Assembly: GCA_964016885.1 (NCBI GenBank)
Contig: OZ024745.1
Coordinates: 124,620,001-124,684,000 of the forward strand
Source of the DNA: Eledone cirrhosa
Lineage: Eukaryota
DNA length: 64,000 nucleotides
Direction: 5' to 3'
Position 1 is the first letter of the stretch. Each line of letters begins with the position of its first letter. The notes under the pieces were generated by a model, which was not told the DNA's origin, did not search any database, and was given only the letters and a program-made list of their open reading frames with translations. This document shows positions 57,000-64,000 of the stretch, piece by piece. The translations under genes and the position numbers were made by a program.

Positions 57000-59900
57000 G
57001 TATCATTAGATGCTCAAACTTGTTATGTTCCTATATTGACAGAATCTTCCTGAGTATATCGGCAGTTCCCGTCTTTTGTATTTCTTCTATACGCGGGTTT
57101 CCTGGGATTTGGGATAAGTCATCATAAGACCCTTTAGGTATCATCCCCAGAGCGCCTACAACCACTGATATTGTTTTAGTTCTCAACTTCCAAATATTTC
57201 CAATCTCTGTTTCCAGGTTTTTATATTGCTCAATTTTTCAAAATTTTTCTAGATACATTCTTGTCTATAGGAATGGCCATGTCAATTAGCAGGTATACCC
57301 TCTTTTTAAAGTCGTTTAGTATTATATCAGGTCTATTTGCATCTATTTTTCGGTCTGTTTGGACTCTAAAGTTCCACAAAATGAAGATGTGACCTTTTGC
57401 AAGTACTGGAGGTGGTTGATGCTCCCACCATTTCTTTTGATGGAGCAGGTCAAAATGCTTACATATTACCCAATGTATGTATTGTGCAGCTTTGTCATGC
57501 CTGTTTAGGTATTCGCTGGGAGCTATACGACTGACATTGAGATTATATGATCAATGGTCTCTGGTTGTTTTTTACATAAACAACACAATTGGTTGCATCC
57601 ATTTTTTATGATGTTCGCTTGATAATTTTTTCTTAGCAGACACTGATGTTGTGCTGATATAATCAGTCCTTCACTCTCCAATTTCAGTCCAGAGGATGCC
57701 AACCACTGATTGGTTAAACATTTTGTCAACATCAGGATTGTTAGCTCTTTCTGGGTATTTTCCATAGAAAGATTTTTCTTGCCATTTCTTAGCCAGTTTC
57801 TGTAGCAGTTCTATTTTTGCAGTTACTTTTACTTGCTTTGCTTTTGCTGTGTTTTTCATTTCAACAGTAGATGGAATTTCTGAAATTTGTAGTTCATTAT
57901 CGTATCTATGTGCATCTTTTGTAATGGAGTATGATCTTTTGATGCTTTCATGTTTCAAAACTAGTTTGATCATCCAATCATGTGATTCCCTTAGATATGT
58001 AGATAATCCAATTGTTGCAGTTTTCAAAGCAATATCTAACTGGATTAATCCAGGTCCTCCTTATTTCCTAGGGAGATATATTATATCTGTATCTGCCTTA
58101 AGGTGATGCATTCTGTGCATGATTAAGAATTTTCTAATTTTCGTATCGAGTTTACGGATCCATATGCTTGACCAGTTGATGACATTGTAACTGTAGGTTA
58201 CTACTGGTATGGCAAGCGTGTTTATGGCATCGATCATATTGCTTGCATTCAACTCTGTTCTTAAAATTGCCCTTACACTGCGGTAACATTCCTTCCTTAT
58301 CCTTTCCCTCACTGTCGATTGCTTGATTCCGTCTCCTTCAGAAACACCTAGATATTTGTAAGTTTCCTCTTGATCAAGTTCTCTTATCACATTCCCCCGA
58401 TAAAGATTAAAGTCTGAACTTCTCAGCAGCTTTACTTTGATGAATGTGGCTTTGGCGCATTTATCTAGTCCAAACGCCGTTTTAATATCATTACTGAACT
58501 ACTTCACAGTGGATAATAGCCCTTGCAATTGCTCATCCTTTTTTGCAAATAGCTTCAGGTCATCCGTGTAGAACAAGTGATTGTCATAGACCTTTGTCAT
58601 AGACTTTATATCCATGTTTTGTTTCATTGAGCATTTTACTTACTGGTATAAGCGCGATGCAGAATAAAAGCGGTGATAAAGATTCGCCCTGAAAAAATTC
58701 CACAATTATTATCAACTTTTCCAGCTTCCAGCGATTCTTTTTCACTATTCAAAATGACTGTTGTTTTCGATACTTCCATACTGACTGACAGGAACCTCCT
58801 GACAACGGAAGATATTTTGAAAATTTCTAACTGTTTTTTTTGTAATCTATCCAAGACATTGATTGATTTTTGTTTCTATTATCACAATCTTCCAGAATCA
58901 TTTTGTTAATGAAAAGCTCATATGGCTCTATGAACCTCGTTTACATTCTTTCTGCTGATTGGGAAATAGATCATTTGCTATCAGGTGATCATATGTATAT
59001 CCAGCTAGGGTTGTTGTTTAGATTTTATACATTGTGGTCAAGCAAGTTATCGGTGTGTAATTTTTGGGATTATTCGTCTCATCATTCTTCGGAAGTAAGA
59101 ATCTAATGCCATTAAGTAGCCATGACGGTATCTGTTCTGGCTCCTTAACCATTTCATTGTAAATTTGGGCTAACAGCTCATGAGACTCTGTAAAGGCATT
59201 TATCCAAAAAAAATTGGTATCTGTCTTTCCATGGAGATATCCATTTGCTGTATTTTCTAAGAGCTAAACGCAGATGTTCAAATGTTATATTTTCCCATGT
59301 TTGTTCCTCGAGGTGAACTGTATCTTTCATTTGTTTGTTCATAGAGCCTGTATATTATGAACTTTTTCTGCGGCCCAGATCTTTTCCCAGAATTCTTGTA
59401 CTTCTTCCTTGGGTGGTATTGATTTAGCAGTTATTGTTGACTTGCCATTTTTTATGTAGATGTTTGGTTGTTTTTTGAACATTGTATTGTCCTCATAGAA
59501 TCTGGAGCGATTTTCAAATCACCTTATACGATCAGCTTTGGCCGACACCTTTTGCTTGATTGTTTCTATCATCATGTCTATGTCGCTTGTTTATTTTATA
59601 TCGTATCTTCTTCATTTTCTGAGTTTAGGCTATTTAACATGTTCATTACTTTGTAGTTTGTTAAAATCCCGATGTCAGATCGAAGAAGGTTTCTTTGCTG
59701 ATTGATGGTCTCTTACCAAGTAGGTTGTTTGTGGTCATTCCTTTGTTTTATTTTTTATTTTCACTCCACATGAGTGAGTGGGGACTTTAGCCAATGCATA
59801 AGAAAGATGATTTAGTTCAATAATATTTAGTTTATTTGTGGTGATAATATTTTTGAGAGGTATGCGAGTCTTGCGTACTATCCTCTGGTTTTGTTTGGTG

Positions 59901-60780
59901 TTCTGGTTCGTAGGGAGGGTTACCCCGTCTCAGATTCTTTCATTTTCCTCCATTCGATCATAATATCATTCTTCAAGTTGGCGAGTTCATTCGCATTCAT
60001 TTCTTTATCATTGATGATCTCTTCATTGTTTTCATTTTGAGGTTCATTTTGAACATGCATTTCTTCCACCTTTTCGATCCTTTCATTAATTTTTTCTGCT
60101 GTCAGTGATTCCACCCCCACCATGGAATTTAAGGTGCTACAGTGTCCTTCGTTTTCACTGAGGTATGTTTCATTTTCCCTTCGATGACTTTGCGCTAATT
60201 GCTTGATCTGATCTATTTCTATGTCAGTTAGTAATTTCTTCTTAACCATATTTCTTCGTATATTAGTTGGTTTCTTGCTATCAATATAATCTCTGTTATC
60301 AGGATGTTCCTTTTTCCAGTTGGTATATAATAGTTCCGTATTCGATATATTTGATGGGCAGCACATGGCAGTGTAGAAACCCTCAACTCTTTATTATTGT
60401 CTTCCCTTGACCATTTCTCTCTCTTTTCTTTGGATTTATTGGTGGTGAGCATCGAGGGCGATCAGTTGAAGTATTCCGGTTATGGGAGGTCTCCAGCTCC
60501 AAAGTGATGGGAAGGTTTGAACCATTAGCTGGTTTTTCGGCCCCAGTCTGGCTCCTCTCTGAGGGACGCAGCACTTGTTGACCTGGGTGGCGGCCGATCC
60601 AGTATGAGAGTTTATTATTTGACATTGGATTTATGTTGTTGCATTGTAACCGCTAAGGGGTAATTATTTAGAGTTACCACTCCTAGGACGAGTGTCAACC
60701 AGGACTAGAGGGATCATCCTCCCCATGAGACACGGCTATTCCCCGCCGGCCATCAGCGTCGTATTTCTTAGTCACGGGTT
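57000..60780 (-). mobile_element. Near full-length, degraded R4/Dong-type non-LTR retrotransposon (RT, zinc knuckle, RLE)
   Basis: ATG at 60625; KWSREDN; NHLFYTDDLKLF; YKYLGV; LC..PETIDHIIS; RHD; RPDIIL.D...LIDMAIP; stop at 57031; many frameshifts. Confidence 0.92.
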
Positions 60781-61057
60781 TTTTTTATTGCTGTGTTTTG
60801 GCAGTGTCGGTGAAATTGCCGTTATTTGGCTATTGTATTTAGTGTACACAGAGGGGTTTTCTTCCATTTGTAAACATTTTCTTTTTTTTTAATATTAAAT
60901 TTCTAATACAAAAGTAAATATTTGAGACATATGCCATGGTATTATGGGTTTCCACTTACTGAGAGCTGGTCTGATGCTTGATGTCCCATTTGCAATAAAA
61001 AATATTATATCACAATTGTATTAAATATGTAAAAAATCAAAAACTTACGGGAGCGAA

Positions 61058-61435
61058 TCCATAACTTTACGATCTGAGTTCAAATCCCACCGAGGTTAAC
61101 TTTGCCTTTCATCCTTACGGGGTCGATAAAATAAAGTACCAGTAATGCACTGGGTAATTGCTGGCCTGGTGCCAAACGTAGAAACAATTATTATTATTAT
61201 TATTATTAATAATAAAAATAATATTATTATTAATATTAATAAGGGCGGTGGATTGGCAATATCGGTTGAGGGTCGGGCGCCATAATTTGCTGCATGGAGT
61301 TACGGCCCTTTGTTGTCTGAGTTCAAATCCCATCGAGGTTAGCTTTACCTTTCATATTTACGCGGTCGATAAAATAAAGTACCAGTAATGCACTGGTTTT
61401 ATTGGTGGACTTGTGCCAAAAGTATACACAATTAT
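61058..61435 (+). mobile_element. Two SINE family 1 copies (about 61058-61190 and 61243-61435)
   Basis: Family core and (ATT)n tail. Confidence 0.88.
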
Positions 61436-61769
61436 TTTTTATTATTGTACATAATGCTACTGTTAATGTTACAAGTTTAGTTTAGGTATACACCTCTGTT
61501 GCTCTTGTATATGCTACTGTTGTTTTTATTATTTTTAATGTCGTTGTTGTTACTCATGAAATGATACCCATAATGATTATGATGATGCTGTGGAAAGCGT
61601 GACTTGAAACCATTGTTATAGAATTGCTAGGCCTTCAGCATCCGACAAATTCAATAAAAAATATTATAGCTTACAGAGATTGTGAGAAACTGACAGTACT
61701 GTGGTTGATGCATACATACCTGGATACATGCATACAAACATGCTCACACACAAACACACACATACATAT

Positions 61770-62529
<760 letters not shown>

Positions 62530-62786
62530 CACAGACACCGACACAGACATACTGTATATACATTGGTTTATTGAGAAATAGTTACGCAGATATATAGATT
62601 AATGGTTAGGAATGTTGAGGGGCAAACAGAGACAGTTGCAGAAATAACCATGGCGTATCACTGAAAAACGTTAACATGTTATGCATGAAAATCATATTTG
62701 AAACTACTGTCATCTGTTAATAACGTTTATGTATTTTGCTGCCATACATATACATGTATATATGTATGTATATGTATATATATATA

Positions 62787-62854
<68 letters not shown>

Positions 62855-62859
<5 letters not shown>

Positions 62860-63060
62860 AAACAGAGATGAAATCGAAAATCAACTGGAGTCTTATTTTT
62901 TTTTAAAATATATATAATGATTCGCAGTTCTTCTGCTTTTCAAAAGGTGAGTTGAGATGGAGCGTCTGTGGTTTTTCTCACATCTGAGTTCTCAGATAAA
63001 CAAATAAGACTCCAGTTGGATTTTCGATTTCATCTCTTTTTCTTTATACTTTCACTCGTG
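62855..63060. mobile_element. Family E rearranged inverted pair
   Basis: Matches 27930-28060 in both orientations. Confidence 0.7.
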
Positions 63061-63173
63061 TATATATATATATTTATGTAATAAACCACATAAGGCAATT
63101 ATTTCATTTACCAGTGGTTTCTTAAAAGCAAAAAAATTTTGCTTTCAATCATCAGAATGAAAAGATCCTGGTG

Positions 63174-63230
<57 letters not shown>

Positions 63231-63234
<4 letters not shown>

Positions 63235-63500
63235 TGTATTTTGCAATACACTGTATGCTTAACTAAAAGCATTTCGAAGACCTTACGCTATTGTTTTAGA
63301 GTAGTGACAGTCTCACTTACTTTAAATTTTCAGCAAACAGGGGAGATAAAGCTGTTTGCTGAAAATTTAAAGTAAGTGAGACTGTCACTACGCTAAAACA
63401 TTAGCCTAAGGTCTTCTAAATGCTTTTAATTAAGCATTAAGTGTATTGAAAAATACACTATATATACATTCATATATATTTCGCTATTTCAGCGCACCAA

Positions 63501-63505
<5 letters not shown>
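63231..63505. mobile_element. Family F fold-back (centre about 63345)
   Basis: Matches 15812-15925 and 16530-16685. Confidence 0.8.
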
Positions 63506-63541
<36 letters not shown>

Positions 63542-63731
63542 AAAATTAAGATTATATGTATATATATATATAAGTATAAAGAAGATTAATTAAATTATAA
63601 GGTATCTATTTTTGAAGTTCTAGTTAACTTTATTTAGTTACCTACCTAGCTATGTGTGCTTACACACTTGTAAAAATTATCCCCCGTGATTGTTTCATAT
63701 GTTTATTTATATGCTAATCAAATTCTAGTTG

Positions 63732-63797
<66 letters not shown>

Positions 63798-64000
63798 TCT
63801 ATCTGAATGTATTTGTTTGTCTACCTGTTTCTGTATATAGCTTTTCGAAGTACACATATTACATACGTTGATTTGTAGATGTAGAGATAGTTTGAAAGAT
63901 ATATCTATGTATGCACATACAATTATTTCTTAACTTCCTTTACCAAAATGAATGAATATATATGCATGTTTCAATTATTTTAAATTCCCGTACAGTATAG

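Overview
AT-rich, repeat-saturated eukaryotic DNA. The SINE families resemble those of octopod cephalopods, which is an inference. No host protein-coding gene, rRNA, tRNA or CRISPR array is supported, and most ORFs in the track are translations of microsatellites. The window is dominated by Penelope-like element (PLE) remnants and short PLE-type 3' ends embedded in (TA)n tracts. These carry about 20 manually foldable type I hammerhead ribozyme (HHR) motifs, including two families with a compensatory U3-A8 core. Also present are a non-coding 483-bp tandem unit with one complete HHR per copy (retrozyme/circRNA candidate) and a 311-bp tandem unit. Many insertions are fold-back or twin-primed, and their breakpoints recur inside HHR stem-loop II. 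Other elements are a near full-length degraded R4/Dong-type RLE LINE (57.0-60.8 kb, minus strand), RTE and CR1/L2 fragments, about 15 copies of a tRNA-derived SINE (several with TSDs), a second SINE family, a non-autonomous Helitron, a hAT MITE, and a structured RNA motif shared by several LINE-type 5' leaders. All folds and coordinates were read by eye and none were computed.
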